DNA from: Chiloscyllium plagiosum
Taxonomy: Eukaryota
Length of the DNA: 64,000 bases
Assembly: GCF_004010195.1 (NCBI RefSeq)
Contig: NC_057751.1
Location: forward strand, 15,182,597-15,246,596
Direction of reading: 5' to 3'
How positions within the stretch are numbered: position 1 is the stretch's first letter; every line of letters begins with the position of its first letter. A program made the position numbers and the translations under genes. This document shows, in pieces, positions 13,026 to 24,394 of the stretch. The notes under the pieces are model-generated. The model saw nothing but the letters and a program-made list of their open reading frames with translations, made no database searches and had not been told where the DNA came from.

Positions 13026-13789
13026 TGTTATGACACGGCGGTGAATCCTCCTGTTAAACCAGACACCCAGAAACGCTCACCTTACCTCGTAATCTGTTAA
13101 AATATGAGTGACAGAGAACTCCCAAATTCCACTATTTAAAGAAAATAGTAACAATTTATTCCTTAACTCTAAACGTGAACAATAAACAACAACTCTTCAC
13201 AACTATAAGCCCCCCTTTCCTTAAATGCTTATTGTCTGCATCCAACTGTATGACAATATGCTATTCCAATTAGACACTTATTAAAATTACATCAACTTTA
13301 TTTCAAAACCACACAGCCGCTGTTGCCTTCTTGACTTCACTTTTCCAGCTGCTGAATTCCCTGGGTCATCTTTTTTTCTTTTTACTGCAAATGTTTCAAA
13401 TGAAAAGATATCTTTGATATAGAGCATCTACTAATTTCTTGGGTCTCCCTCAATGGCAGTGGCTTTGTCTCTGCAATCTTCAAAATATCCACATTGTTAT
13501 ATCCCCAACATTGGATCGTCTCATTGGTTTGATGTTGGTAAACCCAGAAATTCCAAGTCAGTTGGGTTTAGTATCCTGGGACATAAATAAAACTGGTGAA
13601 ATTTGAATTGTTGTCAAACAGCAACCAACTCAGGTATCCATTTCATAGCCAAATGTTACATATTTTCAATTTTCCAGTTCACTCTGGGACTGCCATCTCG
13701 TCATATCACATCGGTGCTTGTCAGCTGTCAGGTCAGAACAGCACTCACTCTCTCTTAAAGGTACAGTACACACTTTCAAATTCATAACA
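13026..13789 (-). mobile_element. Solo LTR inserted into a CR1 fragment
   Basis: Inverted ends TGTTATGA...TCATAACA, minus-strand AATAAA near 13155, and similarity to 38060-38744. It interrupts CR1 sequence ctagagggcatag|...gagaggaaaga. Confidence 0.75.
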
Positions 13790-14229
13790 GGTAGATGGGA
13801 GAGGAAAGATTTGAAAGGGATTTACAGGGCAACGTTTTCAAGGAGAAGGTGGTGAGTGTATGGAATGAGCTGCACAGTGGAAACAATTTGGATCATCTAA
13901 AAGATGCAGTAACTCAAAAGCTCCTCCAGCAGCACCTTCTGAACCTGCTACTTCCATCACCTAGAAGCAAAAGGGCAGCAGATACATGGGAACACCATCC
14001 CGAGAAGTATCCTCTCCTTGTCACTCATCGTCCTGACTTGAAATGATATTGCTATCCCTGCATTTAACACCCACATTCCAAGAACAAGAAGAAACAAAAA
14101 CAGATTCCACTACATAATTTGTAATTATCTGTACTGGCTCCTTATTGCCTATTGTTGCAATCCAAATTGATCTGCTTGATAACATCTCTCTTTGCACTTG
14201 TCATTGACTTTAAGCCAAATGAATTAGCA

Positions 14230-14485
14230 TCCCTTACTCTATCAGGGTGTTCCAGTACTAGGATATTGATGAGGACAAAGGAAGCTTTACTCTGTTTCTA
14301 AGCCTGTACTGGAGTGCTTGATGGGGACAATGCAGAGGAAGTTTTCTGTCACTTTAAAAGTGTGAAACTTTTAGTTTAAAAGAGTAGAGGGAGCTTAACT
14401 GTATCTAATCATGTGGTCTCCCTGTCCTGAGAACGTTTGATGGGGACAGTGTGCAGAGTGCTTTGTTGCTAACCCATGCTTTGCC
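14230..14485. repeat. Degenerate ~65-bp tandem repeat (tttgatggggacagtg.agagggagctttactctgtatctaa)
   Basis: Three to four diverged units; related units at ~43020-43150 (reverse) and ~53800-53910. Confidence 0.65.
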
Positions 14486-14794
14486 ATTTCTGGCCCGGAG
14501 GAGGATGAAGTCACTAGACTGAAAGAAAATTAGCGAGCAGTCAAGATGTGCTTCAAGAATTGATGGTCTGGCAAATAAGCCAAGTTAAGGAATGGGCAGG
14601 GGATAGTACTGGGTTCATTACACTTGCTGTTCAAGTGGGGAAAACAAATGTGAATTTCATGCTTGGTGCTAGCAAAGCTAAAATAGATACTTGAGGACAG
14701 GAAAACATGAGAATTGCAAAGGACGTCATAACAGTTTCAAAGGGAAAGTACCAGACACTAAGTAATCACCCCAAAGTTTCTGTTGAGGTACCAG

Positions 14795-15710
14795 CTTTTC
14801 ATCATTTATATAAATGATTTGGATGTGAGTATGGGAGATATCGTTAGTACATTTGCAGATGTCACCAGAATGGTAGTGTAGTGGACAGTGAAGAAGGTTA
14901 TCTCAGAGCACAATGGGACCTCGATCAGATGGGCCAGGATGTGGCAGATGGTGTTTAATGTAAATAAATGTGAGGTGTTGCATTTGGTGGGCCAAGTCAG
15001 GGCAGGACTTCTATTTAAAGGTAGGGCCTTACAGAGTGCACTGAACCAAGAGACCGAGGGGTGCAGGTACATAGTTCCTTGGAGATGGAGTCGCAGGTAG
15101 ACAAAGTGGCAAAGAATGCATGTGGCACACTTGTCTTCATTGTTCAGTGCATTGAGTATATGAGTTGAGATGTCATTTGCAGGTCTTCAGGCCATTGGTG
15201 AGGCCTTTAGAATACTGCATTTGGTTCAGGTCTCCTTGCTATGGGAAAGATTTTGTTAAGACTTGAAAGAGTTCAGAAAAGATTTACAGGAATGTTAGCA
15301 TGATTGGAGGGTTTGAGCTGTAGCAAGAGGCTGAATAATCTAGAGCTGAGGGGTGACCTTACAGAGGTTTATGAAATCATGAGCAGCTGATAGGGTGAAT
15401 AGCCAAAGTCTTTTTTCCAGGGGAGGAGACTCCAAAACTAGAGGGCATAGGTTTTAGGTGGGAGAGGAAAGATTTAAAAGGGACTTGCAAGGCAACCTTT
15501 TCACTAGCGTGGTGCGTGTATGGAATGAGTTGCCAGAACGGGTACAGTTACAACATTTAAAAGGCATTTGGATGGATATGTCAATAGGAGGGGTTGAGAG
15601 GGATTTGGGCCAAATGCTGTCAAATGCAACTAGATCAGTTCAGGATACCTGTTCGGCATGGACGTGTTGAACCGACGGGTCTGTTTCCGTATTCTGTCAG
15701 CCTATGACTC
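14795..15710 (+). mobile_element. CR1/HER1 LINE 3' fragment (RT C-terminus to tail)
   Basis: Peptide remnants FINDLD, FADVT, WQMVFNVNKCEVLH and VWNELP; tail ctatgactc. Confidence 0.9.
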
Positions 15711-15907
15711 CACAACTTGGGAAACTGACATTTTCTCATGTGACCTATAATGTATCCAGGTTATTACTTGTTGTACTATCAGGCACTGTACCCATTAAAA
15801 TAATAGTTCACCCCGGGAATCCCGACTTCGTAAGTAACATTCAACTCAGGACGTGTCAGCCCCCTCAGCTGCTGGTAAAGATCCCAAAACAAATCTCTAT
15901 GACTCTA

Positions 15908-16071
15908 TCAACATTTAAACGGAATTTGGATGGGTATATCTGAATAGAAGGGTTTGGAGAGATATGGGCCGGGTACTGGCAGGTGGGACTAGATTAGGTT
16001 GGGATATCTGGTCGGCATGGACAGCTTGGACCGAAGGGTCTGTTTCCATGCTGTACATCTCTATGAGTCTA
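15908..16071 (+). mobile_element. Short 5'-truncated CR1 3' end
   Basis: gggatatctggtcggcatggac...gaagggtctgtttccatgctgtacatctctatga. Confidence 0.9.
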
Positions 16072-16927
16072 ATACGTTGCAAATTGTGTGGTAGCGTTTT
16101 TGTTGAGTGTTTAACAGTGTAGCCATTAGCTGGTGCTATTTCCGCTTGTGCAACTTCGCCAATTGGCTCCAGTGCAAAGTTGTAACCGCAACAATCAAAT
16201 TCATTCACCTGCTTAACTCTGTTCAGCGAAAGTTCCTGGTATTACAAGGACTTGTCAACTGTTACACCGATTGTGCTCCTAGGAATTGAACTACAGTGTG
16301 CATGAAAGAAAGTGACAACAAATGGTACGTTTTGTTAATAGTACATTTGAGATGCAGAATCTCATGTTGGGAAGATCAGTTCCACGTAAGTGTGGCCTGC
16401 ATTGACACCAAAGAGTATCTTTTACTTCTCGGTGCTCGGATCCCCCTCATCACAAGAGATTGGATTGGACTGGCAGTGCATATTATTCTTGAAACCCAGT
16501 AAGCCTGTTTTTCTTTACCCCAGCTACGTGCAATACCAGTTGATCCCCGACTCAAGTTAACTTGACACAATTTCGCAGAGGTATGCTCCATGCGGTAATG
16601 ATGTACTCTGACGATGGGGTGAAGTGAAGAAAGTAGAGAACAAATACCAGCATGGACCTGCAGGGCCAAATGGTTTTTGTGAACGATGCCCGGCGCAGCA
16701 GCAAACCGGAAAAGAAATCCGGGTAAACCTGGAGTGAATCTGGGTTGGCCGCAGGAGGGTGGTCAATTTGAGGAGAAGGTTGAGGAGATGGGCTGACTGT
16801 TCTTCATTTTTAGTGACCAGTTCAACTTGTCGACATGGAAAGGACTCAGGGGAGAGAATGGCTTGCTGCTCACTTATAAGACTTTCTGAAGAAGATGTTT
16901 CTTGGCATTCCCCGAGAAGGAAGGATC

Positions 16928-16957
16928 GGGGGGGGGGGAGGGGGGGGGAGGGGAGGG
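16928..16957 (+). repeat. G-run tract (G11-A-G9-A-G4-A-G3), potential G-quadruplex
   Basis: Read directly from the sequence. Confidence 0.8.
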
Positions 16958-19215
16958 AATCTTGTAGTGAGATTCATGTTGTGCTACTATGAATCTCCAC
17001 GCCACGTTTATGGAGAGAAACAGAATTGATGAAGGAAGGGATGAGCTGGTGGCATTTCCGTACCTGTGTTTCTGTATTTTATGTTTTCAAGGTAAAGTGG
17101 ATGTGAACTAATCTAGCCAAACTGCTTGGATGTTATCAAACGTGAAAAAGGAAATCAGCTGTCCAGCATCTGTCCAAATTGTATTATCCTTTCTACATGT
17201 CTCTTTCCAGATGATGGATTTGTCTCTTGTGGTTTGTTATTTATTTTGCTTCTTTCTTGATCCCCCTGTTTCTTGTTTCTGCTCTCTCTCTGTCTCTCTC
17301 ACCCACATGCACACTGCTCCCTTGTGTTTGGAACACCTTGCCTCCTGCTGATGTTGTTCTTCGCCTCTGTGTGTCTGCCTTTAGTTCGGGCTCAAATGCA
17401 GAGGAAGTTCACGAAGATGTTCCCACGGATGAGGGGCTTCACCTGAGGAGGGGCTGAACAAGTTTTGACTGTTCCCCTTGGAAGAAGAAAAGGCTTCGAG
17501 GAGACTGAATAACGATTTTTCAAAATTATGTGAGGCTTCGATTGAAAAGATAGAGAAAACTGATTCTCTCTAACAAGTAGGTCTACAACAAAAGGTCAAA
17601 GATTTTAAAATTATTGACAAAGGATCGAGAGGGGAGATTAGAGATGTTTTCAGTCAGCTGTCAGGATCTGGAATATTTTGTCTGAGAAGTTGGTGGTAGA
17701 TTGAATAAATAATGTTGTGATGTTGAAGGTACTTGAGGATGAGCAAATACAGATTGACGGACAAGAAACAAAATCAGGGATTTGAGACTAACCGTGACAT
17801 TTTGTTTTGAAAAGTCAGCACAGCCACTATAGGCTGTCTGGTTTGCTGTGGTGCTCGAGTTACAATTGTTCGAGCCAATGTGCTGCATCGCATCAATGAT
17901 CAGAATGACTTGGGAGTGACAGGAGATTGCGAACTTGGGAGAGAGCTGAGCCGCTCACACGGCATCGATCTGCTTTACTTAATTTTCTGCACTGGAATTT
18001 GGGGCTGGTTGCATCCGTCGTTTTAGTAGGAATTTTATCACTTGGGCAGTATTCCCATCTACTTTCTTGATGGGTTGTGTCAATCTCCCTCCCAGTGTAC
18101 TTCACTGCCAAGAAGCAGGGCTGGGTGACCAAGAATGGGAATGGAGTACTCCGATTTCAAAGTCAACGCTGACTTGTCCAATTCCAACCATATCTAGTTG
18201 GCACCAATACAATTCTGCCATTTCCTCAATTGTACTGTGTCTTAGCTCCAACAGGGGTTGGACTCAATTCTTTGTGAACAAGCATTTCCTTGACCATAGA
18301 GCAGCGTTTGTTGCACAGATAGGAGCGAACTGAAGAGAGACCTCGCGTAAGCTTCTCATTATTTCCCTGTACCTGTTCCATTTCCACTTGACTCAAATCT
18401 TTACCACCATCTTCAGGCCGAAATGTAGATGAATGCTTCTTTCCTTAGTCCTCCCCCACCCCCAATCCATCCAGCCCCTCTCCTTCCCATGCCGCGGTTT
18501 TCCAAATTGACATGGAGATCTTCCCAGAGCATCTCAACCACGTAGTTGAATGGAACACCTTATGATTAGCAAGCAGTGTATATTTTGACAGCTAATCCCA
18601 ATTCTCTTTTCATTTTCTTTCCCATTCTCATCTGTCGTTAGTATTAACACCAGAGAGTCAATATCTCACTGAGGCTTCCAGTTCACTGACAGGACAATTA
18701 ACACGGAGGCTAAAATTATGAGTAGTATAAATAATGCAGTTCCAAACAGCATCTTTCACGCCTGACACCACCTCGGAATCCAATCAAAACCTTATGCCCA
18801 TTTCTCATTTCCTGCTACATCAAAACTCTATATTCAACGACACCAATTTGAAACCTCTGCATAGTCAATGTCCTGATACTGATGTCCTGTCCACCATGAC
18901 AGTGGAGGCGGGAAAGTTCGTCTTGCTGAACTTTAATTGGAATTAACCTAAATATCCTTCGAAAGGTTGCTTCAGATCGGAGGGCTCAGTCTTTGTCATT
19001 GCCAGATGGAGAATTGGTAGGGGTATGATGTTTTGCCGGCTGGGAGTTGAACCATCGCAGAACTGGTCAACTTTGAACCAACGCGAGATCATTTTTTTAA
19101 AAAATCTCTCTTTTGGCGCAACGATTAGCTGATTTTCCCACCCGTCCGCCCCGTTTCCCCCTGCACTTGCCCAAGACAACCTGCTGTGTTCCCTCCGGAC
19201 CCCTGAGAAACTCAC

Positions 19216-19332
19216 CTGTTTTGTCGGATCCTGACCAACCTCGGTGGAGCTCCTGATGTTATTTGAGTCCAGCACCAATGCACTGAGGGGACAGAAGAGG
19301 CAGGACAGGAGCAGGACCACTGCACAGCCCAT
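19216..19332 (-). CDS. DKK4: Dickkopf-4 coding exon 1 (signal peptide), MGCAVVLLLSCLFCPLSALVLDSNNIRSSTEVGQDPTKQ
   Basis: ATG in strong Kozak context (GACACCATGG), hydrophobic signal peptide, and the ALVLDxNNIRSS motif typical of the DKK4 N-terminus. 117 nt, ending at a CAG|GTGAG donor (phase 0). Confidence 0.95.
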
Positions 19333-19455
19333 GGTGTCCAAAGCGGTTGCAGAGAAACCAGCGACAATTATAGCAGGTCGCAAGGAGGCACTTGGAGATC
19401 AGACTCTCTCGAAGTACCTGTCTCTTTTGCTCTGTCTCTCGGGGAGATAACCGTT

Positions 19456-19462
19456 TCTTATA
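19456..19462 (-). promoter_or_regulatory. DKK4: Putative TATA box of DKK4 (TATAAGA)
   Basis: TTATAAGAAA on the minus strand ~125 nt upstream of the ATG, in a CpG-containing, repeat-free proximal region. Confidence 0.55.
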
Positions 19463-19869
19463 ACCCTGCAGCCCACTCCCTCTCTGACGTGTGGAGGTGC
19501 TTCTTCCAGTCCCCGGACGCGAGGAGGGACAAGAAACTTAATTTCTCCTTGAAACAAAGCGTTTCCGAACAGAGGACGCTCCAGGCACTTTTCACCCACA
19601 GGCACATCGCATCAGGAGAATTGTTGGAAATCCACCCACCCCCTCTGCTCATTTCCCCTTGTTACTGTCTGAGTCAACATTTGGCTTGGCGCAAGTCAAA
19701 ACTCAACTTGAAACACTGGTGCAACAGTCACAACACCCTGTAATTAATTAGCGGGAAGGTGAGGGATATCCTTCCAAAAAAACACTGATGCGCAGCGGTG
19801 TTAAGAAGGAAGAATTGTGTGTGCGCCGAGGTGATTAAAGACAGTGCAGGGGAAAAGCTTAAAGAACAA

Positions 19870-20230
19870 GACACGTTTCATTGACTCGTTTCCTGCCCTC
19901 AAGACACCTCAAAGCGCTTTGTAGCCGATGATGTGTTTTTTTCTGGAAGTTACTAGTTGTCATTGTCGGAAAGGCAGCAGCAAATTTGCGCGCAGCAAGC
20001 TCCCACAAATATGATAAGGGCATCTTTGCGATGGGGTTGAGGGTTTGCGTCTTGGCCGGATCACTAATTTTCTCTGCTCTTAAAATATCAGCTTCATGTT
20101 CATCCCATTAACAGCCTCCAAAAAAAGGTACCCGTTTGTTTTCAACGCAAAATGTTTTCCACACATCGGCACCCTTGGCAAGGTATTGCTCACCCCAAAT
20201 TTCACTCTGGAAAGTGCCCTAAAGTGCTTC
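19870..20230 (-). mobile_element. Deu-domain SINE (SacSINE1-like) upstream of DKK4
   Basis: caaagcgctttgtagcc...gcaaatttgcgcgcagcaagctcccacaaa...ggttgaggg...ttggcc matches the reverse complement of the Deu-SINE body. Confidence 0.65.
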
Positions 20231-20537
20231 AGAACCAACTGCAGTCATGTGGTTGACAGGACTGAGTGGCTTCTCAGGCCATTTCAGAGCGCAATTTAAG
20301 AATCAACAATGTTGCTTTAGGTCTGGAGTCATATGTAGGCCAGACCAGGTGAGGGTGGCAAATTTCCTTTCCAAATGGGCATGAGTGAACCAGATAGAAT
20401 TTTAACAAAAATCGAATACTGTCAAAGTCATACAGCAATGCAAACAGACACCTCGGTCCACTAATCATGTTCCCAAAGTACACTCGTCCCACTTGCCTGC
20501 ATTTGGCCTATTGCCTTCCTAGCCTTTCCTATTCATG

Positions 20538-20638
20538 ATTTGGAGATGCCGGTGTTGGACTGGGATGTACAAAGTTAAAAATCACATAACACCAGGTTGG
20601 ACCTGTTGGACCATAACCTGGTGTTGTGTGATTTTTAA
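20538..20638. mobile_element. Fold-back mini insertion of Penelope-like terminus
   Basis: Inverted arms aagttaaaaatcacataacaccaggtt and aacctggtgttgtgtgatttttaactt; 14-bp TSD CTTTCCTATTCATG at 20524-20537 and 20639-20652. Confidence 0.8.
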
Positions 20639-20769
20639 CTTTCCTATTCATGTACTTATCAAAATGTGTTTTAAATGTTGTAACTTTACCCGGATCCACC
20701 ACTTCCTCTAGTAGTTCATTCCACATACAAACCATTCTTTGGGTGAAAAAAAGTTGTCCGCAGTGTCAA

Positions 20770-20892
20770 GATTAGATTAGATTAGATTAGATTACTTACA
20801 GTGTGGAAACAGACCCTTCGGCCCCGGGAATTGAACCCGGGTCTCTGGTGCTGTGAGGCAGCAGTGCTAACCACTGTGCCACCGTGCTGCCC
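20770..20892 (-). mobile_element. HE1-type tRNA-derived SINE, internally deleted
   Basis: A box (GTGGCACAGTGG) and B box (GGTTCAATTCC) joined directly to the CR1-like 3' end and (TAATC)n tail. Confidence 0.85.
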
Positions 20893-22320
20893 CCCTTTTT
20901 AAAACTTTGTCCTCTCACCTTAAAAATATGCCCCCTAGTTTTAAATTCCCCTACCCTAAGGAAAAGAGCCTTGTTATTCACCTTACCTACGCCATCTTGA
21001 TTTTATAAACCTCTATAAGGTCACCCCTGACCTTTCTCAGCTCCAAACTGTCCAGTCTCCTTTTATAACTCGGGCCCTCCATTCCCAGCAACATCCTGAT
21101 AAATCTTTTCTGAACCCTCACCATTTTAATAATATCCTTCCTATAACAGGGCAACCAGAACTGCACGCAGAGGTGACCTCACCAATGTCCTGTCTAACCT
21201 CAACATAACATCTCGTTCCTGTACTCAAAGTTCTGAGCAGTGAAGGCAAGTGTGCCCAACACCACCTTAATTACCCTGTCTACCTGTGATGCAAATTTCA
21301 AATAATTTCATGATCATCAAAGGGACTAGGATTTTATTGCACATTTATGAATCACATTTGAGTTTCCCTGCATTGTCTTCACTGACAAAACGGAGATGTT
21401 TAGTTCACTTAGTTTGCAGACGCATTTGGTTTTCAGTCAGAAACAGTGTGTGCTGGACGTGTCCAGTACATTTGTCAGCAACTGGAGGAGGAAGAGAGGT
21501 TAAGGTTACAGTGGAGGATTTTTATCCGACTTCTACCTCAAACTGCTCATATCTCTAACCTTCCAAAGTCACATTGCTGTTATTACAGCATTTATTGTAT
21601 TTATTTGAGGTCCTCAGAATTTGCTTTTTATCTCTTCTGGTCACTACAATAAATTGGAAGTTGTGACAGAATGGCGTGGATTTTAAAATCAGCATAGTCT
21701 GAGTCATTTTGGAATGAACTGTGAATTCAATCAATGTGAGCATTGTTTCATGCCACCCCACTGTGCTTCAGCCATGTCTTGTCACACACCCCTCATTTCT
21801 TGCCACCACAAATTTGTGTTTCTGACTCCATTTCAATTATGATGAAGATGGAAAAATGCATCGACTAAGCCACACACATTAGTAATTTCATGTCAGAGAG
21901 GAGAAAGCAAAACTCCACTCAGGCAGCCCTAAACATATTAATGTTTCAATATGCCACCTCCCTCTACATCCTTTTTTCAGAATCATGTCAGAATAGTTTG
22001 CAGAAGGTAGTGAAGAAGTACTGTCTTTACAATGGGAAATCCACTGAAAGAAACAAGTGAGGAATACTTGACTTTATAAATGGTGTTGGAATTCAAGACC
22101 AAGGAAGTGTTGATGAACCTTCATCGGTCATGTGTAAGACTTCAACCTTTGTGTCCAATTCTGAAGACCACATATTAAGATGGGATGTCGAGGCCTTGGT
22201 GAGAGTGGGGTTAGGTTTGGGTGTGTGATTTACTAGAATGTTATCAGAGATGAGAGATTTCAGTTATCGGAAATTGGAGAAGAGAGGGAGTAGTGTCACA
22301 ATGTGGGAGGCAGATGAAAT

Positions 22321-22641
22321 GAATCATAGAATCTGTACAATGTGGAAGCAGGTCATTTGGTCCCTCAAGTCCACACAGGTCCCACCCAGACTCTCCACCT
22401 TTTATCTTATTTGTGCATTTCCCATGGCTAATCCATCTAGCCAGGACACCATGGATGCAATTTAGCATGGCCAATCTACCTAACCTGCACATCTTCGGAA
22501 TGTGGGAGGAAACCAGAGCACCTGGAGAAAACACGCAAACATGGGAAGAATGTGCAAGCTCTGCACAGTCACCCGAGGGTGGAATCGAACCTGGCTCCCT
22601 AGCACTGTGAGGCTGTAATGCTAACCATTACTGTGCTGCCC
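22321..22641 (-). mobile_element. HE1-type V-SINE
   Basis: tRNA head with B box GGTTCGATTCC, central gagcttgcacattcttcc...gatgtgcaggttagg, CR1-like tail. Confidence 0.85.
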
Positions 22642-23679
22642 ATGAAAGGAAGTGAAGCATTCAGGAGCTTAATGTCGTGTGATAGATTTTGTTATAAGCA
22701 GCAACAGACAATAATTCCTAATATCAGATTTAGGATTGTTGACTTGGCTGGTGGAGAGTTGCACTGGCAATCCAACTAGTTTGTGTGGAGCTACACATAA
22801 CCCTTCAGCAGTTCCAATATACAATTGGAATGATGACCACTGTATATATCATTCCAGTGCATACCCTAAGTATGTACTTAAAGGGAAAATATGCAGAACT
22901 CTGGGGGACGAAAACAGGGGTGTGAGACTCATTGACCGGCTTTCAAGGAGCTGGCACAAGCATGTGGGTTGAATGGCCATCACCTGTGGTGTGTCATTCT
23001 CTGATTTCATTTTAGTTATCATTCCTTTTTGAAAATAACTCTCAAATTTCACCAGGAACTGAAAAAGACGGAAAGGGAAGGTTTAAACTTGATGTTGTTC
23101 GAAACCAGCCTTTGTGAGTCAATCAAGAGTAAACATGCCTGAGCAAAAAGTCCTCCAGTCACAGGTGGGAATGCACTGATTTTGGCCTTATCTGACAATG
23201 TCACATTGTTTTTGTGAGACATGAAAGTCAGGAAGCAAAGGAAAGATGCAATTAAATATTTTCATGGCATTTTCAGTGTGGGCAAAAATTTAATTAATCA
23301 CCCACCAGCCAAAGGAATCAATGGAGCTTTAATCTTTGATTGATAGTGACAGTTATTTCTCGAGATGAAAGTGAAATATACGTTGAGGATGTTCTTTGTT
23401 TCTCAGATGGACTTGCCAGTTTTTTGAGTCAAATCAGCTTCTATGATAGAGATCTTCACTCTGATAATCGTTGCTTACAATCTCAGTTCAATTAATTGTT
23501 CTTTCAAGCCAGAGGATTTTTTTTTGGTTGCCAAGTTTTCTTTGGTTTCAAGCCTCTCCTCTTCATTCCACATTTTGTTTGTTTTTCATCCATCATTCCA
23601 CACACTGATTAGGAGCAGTTTATTGAAAGTGCCTCTGGACTTCCTGGGAGTTACCTTGATCATAAATTGAACTGAACCC

Positions 23680-24270
23680 ACCATTTAAATACCATGATGA
23701 CATGGACAGGCCACAGGTTTGGGATTCTGCCTCGAATAACTCTCCACCTGACAATTCAAAGCCTGCCCACCTTCTGCAGGGCGCAAGTATATAGTCTACC
23801 CGAACACTCAGTACTGTATTCACCTGGATGATGGTAGCTCTAACAGCACACATTAAGCTCAACTCAATCTAACTGACTTGATCAATACACCACCCACCAC
23901 CTTAAACATTCACTACCTTCACCAGTATACAATGGTAGCAATATATAAAATGCACAAGATTCAGTGCAACAACTTGCCATAGTTCTTTGATATGGCAAAA
24001 TTCGTGACCTCGACTCCCAAGAAAGACAAACACAGCAGTCACTCGGGATCATCACCTCCTGCAAGTTCCCTCCATGTTCCATTTCAACTTGCAACTTGCC
24101 ATACCTTCACTTCTTGCTTGGTCAAACTTCTCAAACTTTCATTGTCACAGCTCTGTGGTAGTACCTACACCAGACAGATTGCAGTGGTTCAAAAAGGCAG
24201 CTCACCACCACCACCTTGACAGCAATTGGGGATGAGCAACAAATCCCGGTGCAGCTAGAACTTATTAATT
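23680..24270 (+). mobile_element. Degraded 3' part of the same LINE family as 24395-27345
   Basis: aaaatgcac...gcagtggttcaaaaaggcagctcaccaccacc...gggatgagcaacaaat. Confidence 0.6.
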
Positions 24271-24394
24271 CTGGAAGGAGAAAGGAAAAGGAGAAAACAG
24301 GAAAATTTGGAAACTGAAGTCTTCTTATGCTCCAATCCAGGGACCCAGTATTTAGGGTTAAACGCAGAGTTGCCAAAAAACATCAGACAAAAAC

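Larger units (their letters stand above)
20425..21300 (-). mobile_element. CR1 LINE 3' part carrying two nested insertions
   Basis: VVCMWNELLEEVV and EFKTRGHIFKVRG remnants; interrupted at 20538-20638 and 20770-20892. Confidence 0.85.

Noticed and set aside
14230..14485. Spaced repeats resembling a CRISPR array
   Set aside because: Degenerate eukaryotic tandem repeat without unique spacers, in a vertebrate intron with no cas genes.
16557..18132. Cys-rich minus-strand ORFs (16557-16766, 17893-18132) as DKK4 exons
   Set aside because: No Dkk cysteine spacing; exon 1 splices in frame to 12420 without them.
18943..19383. 146-aa minus-strand ORF as a complete gene
   Set aside because: Only 19332-19216 is coding (DKK4 exon 1); the rest is 5' UTR and intron read-through past the GTGAG donor.
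20820..20892. tRNA-like sequences (also 22570-22641 and 55560-55623) as tRNA genes
   Set aside because: They are SINE heads attached to SINE bodies and tails; no complete cloverleaf.
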